Source: a virus | Length of the DNA: 64,000 bases | Direction: 5' to 3' (one strand) | Virus record (IMG/VR): IMGVR_UViG_3300028394_000045 | Coordinates: 87,645-151,644 of that record | Part shown: piece after piece, positions 15,201 through 22,541 of the stretch | Layout of the letters: every line of letters starts with the position of its first letter | How positions within the stretch are numbered: position 1 is the stretch's first letter | Position numbers and translations under genes: made by a program | The notes under the pieces: model-generated | What the model was told of the DNA's origin: nothing | The model's database searches: none | What the model saw: only the letters and a program-made list of their open reading frames with translations

Positions 15201-18200
15201 CTGTTCTATGCAAACAACAACACAACCAATCTCTACACAGTGGTCGTGGATGGAATCACTGGAATCGAGCCACCTACTTTCACTACCAGTGGGTTACAAA
15301 CCAACGGTACTGCTACTCTGGCATATGCTGGACTGGCTGCTGAAGCAACTGCTGTAATTAACAGTTTAGGACAAGTAGTGGCAGTGAATGTCACTTACTC
15401 TGACGCAGTTTATCGATCGACTCCGAGCATATCGTTCAGCGGCGGTGGCGGTGTTGGCTCTGGAGCCATAGCATATGCAAGGATCACTCCGGGATTGGCA
15501 CGTAGCTTCAAGACCACGATCAAGTATGATCGATTCCAATACTTTAGCGATGTAAGAGATTGGAGCCCGAGCGGAACATATCAAGATGGGCAATTAGTAC
15601 GCTACGATGATCGTGTGTGGCAAGCTGCCAGTGCAGATTCCACAGCAGTGGTGGGTCCCACATTCAATCTTGAAGATTGGACATTGATCCCAGCTAGAGA
15701 TTTAACTGGTGTCGATCGTACCATGGGTCTATATGTTGCCGGACCAAATCAACCCGGATTGGATTTGCCGTTGTTGATTGACGGTGTGGACTATCCAGGA
15801 GTGCAAGTGTATGGAAATTACTTCCTGGACACAGCTCCCGAGGATGCTATATATGCCAGCACATTCACTGATACAACACTTGGTAACACATTTACCAGCA
15901 TCAACGTAGATGGCGGTGAATTTATCGGATTGTACGAAGGGCATGCCCCCGAAGAACTAGTGAATGGTGCAGAATTTGACACACTTGACCTGCGTGTTTA
16001 TACACGTCCAGGTGCTGATTGGAACAGAGATGGGCATGGATTCCAATTAGCGGACACTCGTTATCTTTACGAGGCTGCGGTAACAGACACATTCAGTTGG
16101 GCAGGCCTGGTAGAGAACCCAGTGGGAATCTTCGTAACAAATACCACTACTAATCTTCCATTGGCTCTGAATATTGATTATTCAGTGGATTGGGTTCTAC
16201 AAACAATCACAGTACTCACTGTGGCCAACGGAGATATACTTAGCGTCACGGCATATGAATTAGGTGGCGGCAATCAATTGTATCGTGATAATTTCACGGG
16301 AACAGGATCTCAGACCACAATTATTCCAGTCAATTCTGCACAAATAATCAGTATCGCAGTATTTGTAAATGGTGTATCTACTACTGTAGTGGGGTGGACT
16401 CCATACACACCTAGTGTAGATTGGAATCAACTAAACAGCTATGCCAAACAAGACCTGGTCAATACCAATGATGGCAGTTCAGCAGAGACTTATTATCGTG
16501 CATTAAAAGATGTGCCTGCCGGTATCGATATTGCTGATCCATTGTATTGGTTAGAATATGTTCCTACTTTGCAATCAATTGTTGATCTAGGGGCAGTATA
16601 TGATGATACCGATGGTATAGCACTAGTTGCGTTTGGGGTATCTGTCATAGATGCAGGGTACTTTATCATTGGCCGACAATATACCATCACAGAAGTGGGT
16701 ACAACTAATTTTGTGGCCATCGGTGCTGGAGCAAATACTGTAGGAACAGTATTCACTGCTAGCGGAATTGGATCGGGCACTGGTAAAGCATCTACAGTGT
16801 ATAGTTGGAGCGCGCCACAAACACAATATATTGTAGCAGATTCTAATTTTGTCACGTTCAAGAGTACCACATTGACCAATTCAGTACAAGGTAGCAATCT
16901 TGCTAACATGATAGTTGATCGCAATGGGTTGAGATTACAACCTCCGGAAGGTCGTGAATGGACCAGTGACGGTAGTTCATTGGCATTTGCATTGCCTAAC
17001 CGTGGGGGGTACAGTCAATCGATTATAAATGCCACAACAGACGTTATTGTGTGGGTAGATAACATACTACAACAACAAAGTATTGGTGGTGTGCCTGGTG
17101 TTTATAGTGTGACACCTTATTCAGGAACTAACGATCGTGAGGTCGTGTTTAATGTACCACCTCCTGCTGGTGCTCGTATATTGATCACAGTGACCACTCA
17201 AGCTGGATATCAATTGGCCGGTACCACTTTGCAGATTGTGGGAGCAGTCAATCTCGACGACTTGTTTAGTGTAACAACCTTCAATGATACTTCACAACAA
17301 TATCCGCTGACCTTGGTATTCAACGGTCCAATAGTTACTGGTGTGGAAATTGTAGATCCATTTGACCCATTGCCAAATGATCCGGCATATAACAGCCAGC
17401 CGGGAAGTTTTGATTATGCAACAGTGAATGATACACAATGGAGTTACTCATACAGCAAAGGAGATGCGGTGTATGACAATCAATTCTGGTTAGAGCGTGC
17501 CAATGTCAATGCTGCTAGATTATGGGTCACACTAGATGGATATGCTCTGACCAATAGCATAGATTACACAGTGGAAGGTGAATATCTCATACTGGGATCA
17601 GGTGCCATCGAGCCCGGCCAGATAATGGCCATAACCGAAGTGACCAGCAGCATAGTGCCTGATGCAATGGCATTCCGCATATTCCAGGACATGCGTGGAG
17701 TACAAGCCACATATCGTATCACACCTGCTAGTACCACAGCATTGATGCAACCACTCACTGCAACCGGTAATATCATGTATGTTGAAGATGCTAACGCATT
17801 GGGACAGCCTAACTTAGATATTGGTGTGTTTGGTGTTTGCACCGTAAATGGCGAACGTATCATGTATCGTGGCATTAATCTGGTAGATAACAGTATCAAC
17901 GGGCTCATGCGAGGTACTGCTGGTACAGCAGCAGCAGATCATGACACAGGCGCAGCAGTATATGATCTTAGCCGTGGTAATCTGTTACAGAGCAGTTATC
18001 AAGATTACATAGTTTCAGACACTAGCATAGGTGATGGATCTACCACGGTATTCTATGCACCTAGCATAAATGTTGATGATTTTGTTGACAGCAGTAGCGA
18101 AGCACCTGCTATCGAAGTATATGTTGCTGGCATCCGCCAGTATGCCTACAGTGACACCACTGCTACCAGCCAATACCGTTGGTTTGTGACAGATTTTGAT

Positions 18201-18392
18201 CCGTTGGCTGTGGATTTTGTTGTGGATGACACTGCATATCCACCATTGCTACCACCTGTGGCCAATGTAGAAGTCACAATATTGGTACGCCACGGAGTGA
18301 CTTGGTATCAACGCGGGCCGACCACTCCAAGTGATGGTATTGCTCTGCAAGATACTGAAACTATTGCTGCAAGGTTTTTACGTGGTCTATAA
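3252..18392 (+). CDS. Giant (5046 aa) virion structural protein, baseplate/tail-associated, with FG-GAP-like propeller repeats and CBM5/12-like modules
   Basis: Uninterrupted 15 kb ORF coupled to the wedge gene (TAATG). T/S/G/V-rich beta composition. Repeats FGYSVAMS..VGAPG, FGHSISC..IGTP, FGSSVSVS..VGAPNG, FGTAVN..AGAP. Trp modules WSPSGTYQDGQLVRYDDRVW and WTGLKRYTKGQIVKYKNVYW. Confidence 0.75.
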   Translation: MATVRSVDLLPQIFQTDTNKQFLAATLDQLTQEPKFKQTQGYIGRTVGPGVNPNDNYVVEPDAIRTDYQLEPGVVSLVPDTNTIKNAITYPGINDAVGFSGGDSARPDRLYESEYYSWDPFVDFDTFVNFSQYFWLPAGPDAVDVQAAAIPTTDNFAVTRENGVYTFSGVTGDNPVIDLVRGGSYTFQIAQNTKETVNYRVGNSGTSAYLLDGLRNPTLTLVRGNTYVFNLVFVGDFPFWIKTAPVTGVGDVYDTGVTRNGAVTGLVTFTVPQDAPSTLYYASQTQMNMQGTLNIVDGVPGTGPGFWIQAFPGVNGKDPNNPNISSRDVLGVSDNGTDLGTVVFNVPQKTAQNFYYSLTPFGVNSNGLVITPVDIICDLKFEQVNNQPVEQFLATYGGIDGTANLNGRTLVFTEPVTDAEAGGWQVNTFFDPLTETSSNNGLVGSYDTTFFSQSSPVPPEDRYQLWQINYVTVDHYTYMTLSKISDIPVLNKFTARYGIQYSNTQWYKTAAGVFERIPLLTAAQDILYYQDGTDPEIFGRIRLVEQTASTTLFIDAILGQPSYTSPNGVVFTNGLKVKFVGDVSPATYGSGTFPLVITAAQPGSNYLTTASTADLYVGEKIVFSQSIGGVLPGTYYVQSIAANGIQFSISTQKGGGAYPLDIGSGNVTATVVSDLEYYVSGVGTAIELLPVENFVTPELYVVDANDSTIYTEPDTTDYLTINRASLDRNAWSRSNRWFHTDVINATAKYNNAVATFDNNYRAKRPIIQFRPDIRLWNMGTEGKTPVDIIDFAQTDAFSNIEGSTGYTIDGYTLIDGSRVIFAADEDQSVRNKIYVVSFIVPDTVAPLIAQPIINLTPAEDGEVLADQCTVCLNGVTSAGVTFWFDGTNWIEAQQKTAVQQAPLFNVYNTSGYSFGDQTVYQSSTFSGSKLFSYAVGDTTIIDPILQFPLQYLNINNVGDIVFVNNLYKDTFLYVVDNASVTLDISSGSVREYDTRATYQRLIGWQTAATKSQTYQQFKFTYTGATLKLDVKANSSVNNTPPIKIYVGSVFQEPGVYSYLTTDTSTTITLNNTYIPGDIIEVLVLSDQTSATAFYQVPINLQNNPLNGNSPEFTLGTIRTHYESICQNLLTVQGPVNGSNNTRDLGNLVPYGLTILQQSAPMTLAGYFLRSPDYNIFASLSFAAREYNKYKYQLLDAVTQQTIGFDTISQILDTAIQNVTLGRVETQPFYWSDMLPSGAVYTTTTYTIGYTDTGSFDTVQVYNYRSANYLGMNVYLGEALLTRDRDYVVATDGPRITVLVDLPLGSQLVLQEYSATYGSFAPNTPTKLGLYPAFVPQVITQRASGGMVQVTQGHDGSITPLFNDIRDQVLLEFETRIYNNLKLDGNPVPLTIENVLPGQFRDTGFSYSEITNILNQDFLSYVGANKLDYRTQNFRADNKFTWNYSSAQNKLNSKENLLGAWRGINRYFYDTEQPQYTPWEMLGFSKQPLWWEGKYGPAPYTGDNLVLWDDLAAGYVADPVAPYFRPEYARPASIGSADEPPRSGIWGPGPYPSMAPVIPTGDEGQLLSPFNSTMGTYANAQFQKSWAPGDGGPVEASFWNSSSYPFAVMHVLAVTRTAKFFALFADRDLYRYNVEFGQYLLNDRYRLDANGIEVYGNGVSKASYIDWIVDYNRQSGINSTDELTADLASLDVRLCYRMASFSDKQYIKIFTEKSSPNSTNTTLMIPDQSYNLLLYKNQPFDRTSYSAVVIQNVTGGYAVYGYSAAQPYFNVLASKSTGQLRTITSGGATVRVPTFYTNTVVQVPYGTIFTNETSVCDFLLSYGQLLQQQGITFTDRANGYVLDWGQMCNEFLYWSQQGWGENALLNLNPLAAKLTVTREQAVVDSIAVQTIDNVLLDQNNRELPTRNLNVVRIGNTFVCEPLTTQTLSYIDLKYTTYEHMIVLDNQSVFGDLMYQPTTGARQNRLILIASNTADWTGQIDTPGFILNLDNVQEWTGLKRYTKGQIVKYKNVYWSALNIVQPSAQFNFNDWTQSDYTQIELGLLPNLANKADQLANSYNINSANLETDNDLLSYGLIGFRPRQYMAALNLDDVSQLNVYRQFLGSKGTIISAELFSNANLGKEAADYSIYENWAVLRATYGANANRSFVELRLNRAYLSSNPSLVQVVLPQQASSADQQILFSDIWKQSYKLTSPDFMPTTTVSPTDIQLPTAGYVNLNDADITVFDINDLGNISANLDAIAVGTSIWVAKVNDYDWNIYRAQAVPGAIQHVCDNLDGTSRVIFSQPHGLSYSDTLIINFFDSEVNGVYNVLSVPNITTVNIAFQFTNQRTVADGTGLGFTLKTMRVAQASDVINLPYANDILPGAIVWVDNNGEDLWEVIQKQDVFTSSSQISPVLLDAGEQYGSAVAQASARAALFVGSPRYGFGTVTEKGAVYVYVKNSGDTYSPVSPIADADGILTLDRTGVRGYGNAIDFGNQTWAVAGASKSLGPSSETNNGYAAVIYRDPALGQPGVNPFAQWQLLTLPGTTTSTTPGAGEFGYSVAMSLDERWMYVGAPGLNTVYAYGRVTWEDQFITVLGDGVTTQFLIGNVIQIDNSSQLKVTLDGNIQLSGYSVDAAFNKVTFTTAPASGVLIKMQRISSQQLDAQTYYDVPQTSTSGSGLGAKFTIIRVRGEVGQPGSTQGGVGATSFGSGYAVGNTITIAGASFGGTNNIVLTITSIGTGGTLGNFNIAYTAPTLATVFSLNEYFFTATNIYSFSIEVNNVLYRPNIDYTFSTVTQDLTFTGTGPAAGAVIVARAKSYFTYINSITAIGLSSSDRFGHSISCTTDGRQLLIGTPYSTESGNVEAGSVYVFDRNVQRFIYGEDGSTVTFTLLGTPVAPIGVIVNNVFLTNQTDSVVGADNTFYWNGANTVTINADLQYGDVIEIETNQFAQVQELTQNTIANFSNFGQTVDICSYDCSLYSGVPQSSVQIYKGGVVERDVNQSRIYGTITSTVANAALTSGNTLRVNNMDVTVPAAWSSLTTYNKNDVVYNLSGTTYTIYLALQAVPAATALSNASYWSSVTTTTVAASIYVRALAAHINSTVPNVVAIVDSTGYLTVSVKNSNAAPAFNKLQVAPGSVGTAFTTLAFKTFAFTQTILSPYPVKYGAFGSSVSVSDQATTVVVGAPNGTLYLITVFDDGTTDFDADSTTFITTVNNSGAVYAYDYLPSSTLSISNPGQFIFGQQINNSQINTLDGFGTAVNYIDGILVAGAPKNDVGDSTADYGRVFVFQNPDRNPAWTVIRQQQPVVDIRLINGVFAYDRVTSATTQFFDFFDPLQGKILGAARQNIDYIGGIDPANYNIGPTSINGATWWDGHTSEVWWDTSTVRFIDPNQDDITYASRRWGQLFPGSSVDVYQWILSPVPPINYTGPGTPYSTISYSINTRLTRDGIFATEYYFWVRGITTTATQQGKTLSVATVARYITDPKSSGITYMAPINASTIALYNAAEYIVASDTVINISFDREATDSNVHTEYELIAEGKPDAFLSTNLYRKLQDSFCGVDTFGNNVPDPNLGPAERYGVQFRPRQSMFVDRFAALKNYLTRVNDVLSMYSISESRSFNLLNSAEPEPSAATGLWNLRVANLEILGFQNIYTVPLGYRYLVVTDSDNKGLWTIYTVAASDQTAGKRLLRLSFVQGYNTADYWSYIDWYLPGYNSSSKVIATIPNKAGLDTLTVAVGSSVKITANAQGKWEIYLLTDAGWERVGLQDGTIAFSAELWDYQLGRFGFDIEVFDAQYYDQEPVKETRKIIQAINEELLIDELAIERNRALTLVFNFVLSEFSAPEWLVKTSLIDVDHRIRNLVPYQNYRRDNQEFVLDYIKEVKPYHVQLREFNLRYNGLDQFQGSLTDFDLPAYYNTTLTTPQYTSPILLPYQHGSSDVANFLSDLPANSTVWNTFPYDQWYNNYLLTLTAVTIVDNGTGYTEPPIVIVGDAWTSNTSVTINQQLFYANNNTTNLYTVVVDGITGIEPPTFTTSGLQTNGTATLAYAGLAAEATAVINSLGQVVAVNVTYSDAVYRSTPSISFSGGGGVGSGAIAYARITPGLARSFKTTIKYDRFQYFSDVRDWSPSGTYQDGQLVRYDDRVWQAASADSTAVVGPTFNLEDWTLIPARDLTGVDRTMGLYVAGPNQPGLDLPLLIDGVDYPGVQVYGNYFLDTAPEDAIYASTFTDTTLGNTFTSINVDGGEFIGLYEGHAPEELVNGAEFDTLDLRVYTRPGADWNRDGHGFQLADTRYLYEAAVTDTFSWAGLVENPVGIFVTNTTTNLPLALNIDYSVDWVLQTITVLTVANGDILSVTAYELGGGNQLYRDNFTGTGSQTTIIPVNSAQIISIAVFVNGVSTTVVGWTPYTPSVDWNQLNSYAKQDLVNTNDGSSAETYYRALKDVPAGIDIADPLYWLEYVPTLQSIVDLGAVYDDTDGIALVAFGVSVIDAGYFIIGRQYTITEVGTTNFVAIGAGANTVGTVFTASGIGSGTGKASTVYSWSAPQTQYIVADSNFVTFKSTTLTNSVQGSNLANMIVDRNGLRLQPPEGREWTSDGSSLAFALPNRGGYSQSIINATTDVIVWVDNILQQQSIGGVPGVYSVTPYSGTNDREVVFNVPPPAGARILITVTTQAGYQLAGTTLQIVGAVNLDDLFSVTTFNDTSQQYPLTLVFNGPIVTGVEIVDPFDPLPNDPAYNSQPGSFDYATVNDTQWSYSYSKGDAVYDNQFWLERANVNAARLWVTLDGYALTNSIDYTVEGEYLILGSGAIEPGQIMAITEVTSSIVPDAMAFRIFQDMRGVQATYRITPASTTALMQPLTATGNIMYVEDANALGQPNLDIGVFGVCTVNGERIMYRGINLVDNSINGLMRGTAGTAAADHDTGAAVYDLSRGNLLQSSYQDYIVSDTSIGDGSTTVFYAPSINVDDFVDSSSEAPAIEVYVAGIRQYAYSDTTATSQYRWFVTDFDPLAVDFVVDDTAYPPLLPPVANVEVTILVRHGVTWYQRGPTTPSDGIALQDTETIAARFLRGL

Positions 18393-18398
18393 ACAAGG

Positions 18399-18404
18399 TA
18401 AATA
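18399..18404 (+). promoter_or_regulatory. TAAATA late-promoter-like motif
   Basis: TAAATA 7 nt upstream of the ATG at 18412; resembles the T4 late promoter TATAAATA. Confidence 0.5.
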
Positions 18405-18411
18405 AAATATC

Positions 18412-18561
18412 ATGCCAACTACAACGCCAACCAAGCCAGTGATACCTGTGCCAGCACCACGGCCCAAAAAGCCCAATGAAAATGGGACAATTTCGGTGCA
18501 AGCTCACATGAGGATCTACGATCCAAAAACACAAAAAACCTATGTGGAGGGGCGAGCATGA
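18412..18561 (+). CDS. Small 49-aa protein missing from the ORF track (MPTTTPTKPVIPVPAPRPKKPNENGTISVQAHMRIYDPKTQKTYVEGRA)
   Basis: Fills the gap and has an ATGA overlap with 18558. Its C-terminal half resembles the N-terminus of the next protein (HMRIYDPKT vs FVKIHDPNS). Confidence 0.75.
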   Translation: MPTTTPTKPVIPVPAPRPKKPNENGTISVQAHMRIYDPKTQKTYVEGRA

Positions 18562-19163
18562 TCACTCCAGGGCTGTGCAAAATTGAAGGATTTGTAAAGA
18601 TACATGATCCAAATTCCGGAGAAATATTAGTGGATAAAAAGAATGCTATCCACTATGAAAACATCTCTATCGCTATGGCGCAAACTCTGAGCAATAGAGA
18701 TCTAGGATATATCTATCTAATGGCATTCGGCAATGGTGGCAGTTCGGTGGATCCAACCGGTGTAATCACATATCTACCCCCGAATACCACTGGGCAAAAT
18801 GCAGACTTATACAATCAAACCTATCAAAAAGTAGTGGATGATAATTCAGCAGCTGACACTGATCCTGAAAATAACAAAATGACTGTGTTACACACATCGG
18901 GTAATCTTTACACTGATATTTTGGTAAGTTGCTTGCTGGATTATGGCGAGCCTCCAACACAGCAGGCTTTTGATAATTCAACCAATTTCAATGGTGAATA
19001 TGTTTTTGACGAACTAGGTCTAAAATCCTGGAATGGATCGTCGGAAAATCTTCGATTGATTACGCACGTAATTTTCCACCCAGTGCAAAAGAGTTTAAAT
19101 CGGCAAATACAGATCGACTACACGCTGCGGATCCAGACATTGACTAACATCAATGCTGTATAA
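18558..19163 (+). CDS. Putative virion (tail/baseplate) protein
   Basis: Lies in the structural operon. FDELGL and HPVQKSLNRQIQIDYTLRI C-terminus resemble tail-collar/baseplate-type proteins. Confidence 0.6.
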   Translation: MITPGLCKIEGFVKIHDPNSGEILVDKKNAIHYENISIAMAQTLSNRDLGYIYLMAFGNGGSSVDPTGVITYLPPNTTGQNADLYNQTYQKVVDDNSAADTDPENNKMTVLHTSGNLYTDILVSCLLDYGEPPTQQAFDNSTNFNGEYVFDELGLKSWNGSSENLRLITHVIFHPVQKSLNRQIQIDYTLRIQTLTNINAV

Positions 19164-19166
19164 ATA
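19159..19166 (+). promoter_or_regulatory. T4-type late promoter TATAAATA
   Basis: Exact TATAAATA 26 nt upstream of the fibre gene. Confidence 0.65.
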
Positions 19167-19192
19167 TTGATAACAGGAACAGGTAATTCAAA

Positions 19193-21199
19193 ATGGCATA
19201 CACAATCAATCTAACTAACGGTACAATTTTTGCTACTGTCGCAGATGGTACCGTTAATACCGCTAGTAGCATGACACTGGTAGGTAAAAACTACGCCGGC
19301 TACGGTGAATTTCTAGACGAAAACTTTATCCACTTGCTGGAAAATGCTGCAAATACCACTGCACCAGGTGCACCGCTCACTGGGCAATTATGGTGGGACA
19401 GCACCAACGCATTGATGAAAGTGTACAACGGTACAGCTTTCAAGGTCATGACCGGATCTACCAGCGCATCCAGCGCACCCAGCAATGTTATCACAGGCGA
19501 CCTATGGTGGGACACAACCAATTCGCAATTGAAAGTTTACAACGGCGCTTCCTGGACTGTGGTCGGCCCAGCCTACACTTCTGCTGAAGGAACAGCAGGT
19601 GCTATTCCAGAAACGATCACTGATTCGGGCGCTACTCCTCACTATGTGACCAGCTTGTATGTGAACAATACCAGAGTGGCCATCGTCAGCAAGGATTCCA
19701 GTTTTACCCCATCCTCGCCTACCGTTACCACATTCCCTACCATATACAATGGTATTACACTGTATAACACTGGTTCTCCTGTGTTTGCAGGCACAGTGAC
19801 CAATGCAGCATTGTTGGATAACTTGGACAGTACTGACTTCATGCGCGCCACGGCCAACACATCCACTACCGGCACATTGGCTGTGCTAAACAATTTTGGG
19901 CTTACTGTGGGTGCTGCTAACGTATTTGCAGTGAATACCACCACCACTGATGCCAATATCAAGAGTGCAATCTCCGGCGGCAACTTGGTGATCCAGGCCA
20001 ACGTGGGCGGCACAACTTATAACGTAGCTCAAGCAGTTGGTGCCAATGGTACGTTTGCTGTGTCAAATGCCATGACTGCTGGCACTACAATTTCTGCTAC
20101 AGGCAACATCACAGGTGGTAATCTACGAACTGCTGCGCAGGTTAGTGCAACTGGTAACGTAACTGGTGGAAATATTATTTCTGTTGCTGCGGTGTCGGGT
20201 GTATCACTGGTATCTTCGGGCAACGTGGATAGCGGCAACTTGCGCACCAGCGGATTGATCTCAGCGGCAGGCAATATTACTGCCGCAGCTAATGTGGCAG
20301 GCACTTTCTTCCTGGGCAACGGTAGTCAATTGACCGGTCTAAGTCTGGGTGTTAGTGTTACCAAGTTTGTTAATGGCACCAGCGAAGGTAATGTGGGTGC
20401 TACCAACGGCAACATCAACTTTAACGTGGCTGGTGTAAGCAATGTGGTAGTGATTGATACCACCACTTTGTATGCCAATGTACTGAGCGCACAGAGCATC
20501 ACCAAATCTGGATCCAACGCCGTTGGTAATATTGGATCCAGCACCAGCTTCTTCAACACTGTGTTTGGTAACATTTACAATGGCAGTATCCTCAGTGTAA
20601 CAGGTACCGTAACTGCTGCCGGGGCAGTATTGTCAGGGAACGTCAGTGCTAGCGGTTATCAAGGAACCACACTTTCGGTGACTGGCAATATCACCGGCGC
20701 CAACATAAGTACGTCTAGCATCGCCAAAACTGGCAGCAATGCAGTGGGCAACATCGGTAGTTCTAGCAATTACTTCAATCAAGTGTTTGCCACAGCTACC
20801 ACAGCTTTATATGCTGACGTTGCTGAACGCTTTGCAGCCGATGATGTATTAGAACCGGGCACAGTGGTCGAATTAGGTGGAACCCAAGAGATCACTAGAT
20901 CTGTTGTGGATCTAAGTGAAAATGTTTTTGGTGTTATCAGCACAAACCCAGCATACACCATGAATGGCGGAGCAGGAGAAGATTCCACTCACCCCAAAGT
21001 GGCCATGACCGGACGTGTTCCAGTCAAGGTTGTTGGCGTTATCCGCAAAGGCGATCGATTGGTTTCTGCAGGCGCTGGCCTGGCAAGAGCAGCAAAAACA
21101 GGGGAAGCTACGGCATTCAATGTAATTGGAAGAAGTCTGGTTGACAAACACACCCAGGATTCAGGTACAATTGAAGCCATAGTAACCATCAAGAACTAA
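19193..21199 (+). CDS. Tail fibre-like protein with C-terminal chaperone/autocleavage-like domain
   Basis: N-terminal anchor with repeated G(Q/D)LWWD..N..(M/L)KVYNG. Central SATGN(I/V)TGGN repeats. C-terminal YADVAERF..D..LEPGTVV...GRVPVKV.G...GD.LV resembles intramolecular-chaperone domains. Confidence 0.7.
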   Translation: MAYTINLTNGTIFATVADGTVNTASSMTLVGKNYAGYGEFLDENFIHLLENAANTTAPGAPLTGQLWWDSTNALMKVYNGTAFKVMTGSTSASSAPSNVITGDLWWDTTNSQLKVYNGASWTVVGPAYTSAEGTAGAIPETITDSGATPHYVTSLYVNNTRVAIVSKDSSFTPSSPTVTTFPTIYNGITLYNTGSPVFAGTVTNAALLDNLDSTDFMRATANTSTTGTLAVLNNFGLTVGAANVFAVNTTTTDANIKSAISGGNLVIQANVGGTTYNVAQAVGANGTFAVSNAMTAGTTISATGNITGGNLRTAAQVSATGNVTGGNIISVAAVSGVSLVSSGNVDSGNLRTSGLISAAGNITAAANVAGTFFLGNGSQLTGLSLGVSVTKFVNGTSEGNVGATNGNINFNVAGVSNVVVIDTTTLYANVLSAQSITKSGSNAVGNIGSSTSFFNTVFGNIYNGSILSVTGTVTAAGAVLSGNVSASGYQGTTLSVTGNITGANISTSSIAKTGSNAVGNIGSSSNYFNQVFATATTALYADVAERFAADDVLEPGTVVELGGTQEITRSVVDLSENVFGVISTNPAYTMNGGAGEDSTHPKVAMTGRVPVKVVGVIRKGDRLVSAGAGLARAAKTGEATAFNVIGRSLVDKHTQDSGTIEAIVTIKN

Positions 21200-21213
21200 A
21201 CAGGAACTGACCA

Positions 21214-22179
21214 ATGACTTATTCATCAGGTGGATTAATTCAAGCAACAGACTATAATGGTTTTGTTAGCACAACGGCCAATGCTAATATCAATGATGTT
21301 TGGAATACTGCGTATGGGCAAACTGCGTTAGCCACAGTGGCTGCTGCCGGCACAGTATCTGCCACCCAATGGGCCAGTCTGGTCAATACTTTGAGCAGTC
21401 TAGGAAGCCATACCAATACGACTCTTACCGCAAGGTCGGCCCCCACTGCTGGTAGTACAATCAGTGTGCTAGCAGCAGTCAACACCGATCTTACCAATGT
21501 TACCACCAACAGATACAATGCAGTTTCACAAGGCACGCAATACACTGGGTGGACCGGTACCAACTCTAAGACAGGCGGTACATCGGGTGCAGCATGGACC
21601 ATAACATTTACAAACACAGTGACATTCTCCAGTGCTGCGGCTGCCGGATATTTTTTCAACGCCGGTGGCACTATCAAAATTCAAGTAGCCAAATCTAGTA
21701 CCGGGCTCACCGGCGATCCACCGTGGAATGACTTGTCCAGCACACTATGCGGTGCCATTTATCTTACCGCTGGTGCAGCATCAGCCACCATCGCTGGTAC
21801 AGCATACACAGGTACAACCAAGATCGGCGGGACAGGAACCCCGGCAATTTTATCAACTGGAACTGGATGGAATCAACTTGCATCTGGTGCTGCTGCCACA
21901 ATCGTTTACAAACAATTTTCTGCAACTGCACCATATACCACTGACTTTATCCAACACAGTTTGGCCAAAGATGCAACTGGGTCTGTTCTCACCATCACAA
22001 CCCTTTGGTCTGCCAACGATTCTGGCCCCGGAGATCCTGACCCAATATCAGGCGGAACTGCTGCCAGTGGCGCCACTCCAGGAACTGCACCTTGTACCAT
22101 TGTCACATACTTTCCCCCAGAAACAACATATCTTTCTAATACATGGGGAACTCCAACAGTGACTGCCACCACTGTCTGA
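21214..22179 (+). CDS. Putative virion structural protein (Thr/Ala/Gly-rich)
   Basis: Follows the fibre gene; composition typical of fibre/baseplate proteins (MTYSSGGLIQATDYN, FFNAGG). Confidence 0.6.
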   Translation: MTYSSGGLIQATDYNGFVSTTANANINDVWNTAYGQTALATVAAAGTVSATQWASLVNTLSSLGSHTNTTLTARSAPTAGSTISVLAAVNTDLTNVTTNRYNAVSQGTQYTGWTGTNSKTGGTSGAAWTITFTNTVTFSSAAAAGYFFNAGGTIKIQVAKSSTGLTGDPPWNDLSSTLCGAIYLTAGAASATIAGTAYTGTTKIGGTGTPAILSTGTGWNQLASGAAATIVYKQFSATAPYTTDFIQHSLAKDATGSVLTITTLWSANDSGPGDPDPISGGTAASGATPGTAPCTIVTYFPPETTYLSNTWGTPTVTATTV

Positions 22180-22181
22180 TC

Positions 22182-22209
22182 GTAAAGGGTCCAAAAACCC
22201 TTTACTTTT
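22182..22209 (+). terminator. Intrinsic terminator ending the structural operon
   Basis: GTAAAGGGT-ccaaaa-ACCCTTTAC 9-bp stem followed by TTTT. Confidence 0.65.
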
Positions 22210-22229
22210 GATTGCATATCGTGTAATAT
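22201..22229 (+). promoter_or_regulatory. Sigma70-like promoter for the modification cluster
   Basis: TTTACT-N17-TAATAT with TG extension; ATG 6 nt downstream, so possibly leaderless. Confidence 0.45.
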
Positions 22230-22235
22230 GCACAT

Positions 22236-22541
22236 ATGGACACAGAAAGTTTAATCTCACATGCCCGCTCTAGATTCAATCACGAATCTGCTAGACGCTT
22301 GCTTAAAGAAAAATATGAGGCTCGGATGCTGTTTGCCCACGCCGGTGGTATGTGGCGCGCTGGTCCTGAACTCTTGGTATTACTGGCCACTGTGCCACCT
22401 GGTGACGCAGTAATATTAGACTTGTACGAAACACCAGTAAAAATCAATCCTGAACAACTGAGACTCATGGCCATGCAACACTGGCAAGAACAGATGAATG
22501 CCTGGTTAGTAGAACATGATGAGTTAAGCAAAAAACGATGA
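22236..22541 (+). CDS. Hypothetical protein
   Basis: 101-aa ORF with ATGA coupling to the next gene. Confidence 0.7.
   Translation: MDTESLISHARSRFNHESARRLLKEKYEARMLFAHAGGMWRAGPELLVLLATVPPGDAVILDLYETPVKINPEQLRLMAMQHWQEQMNAWLVEHDELSKKR

Noticed and set aside
19642-22235. Multiple antisense ORFs over the fibre genes
   Set aside because: Expected shadows of Thr/Gly/Ala/Asn-rich repetitive coding sequence.
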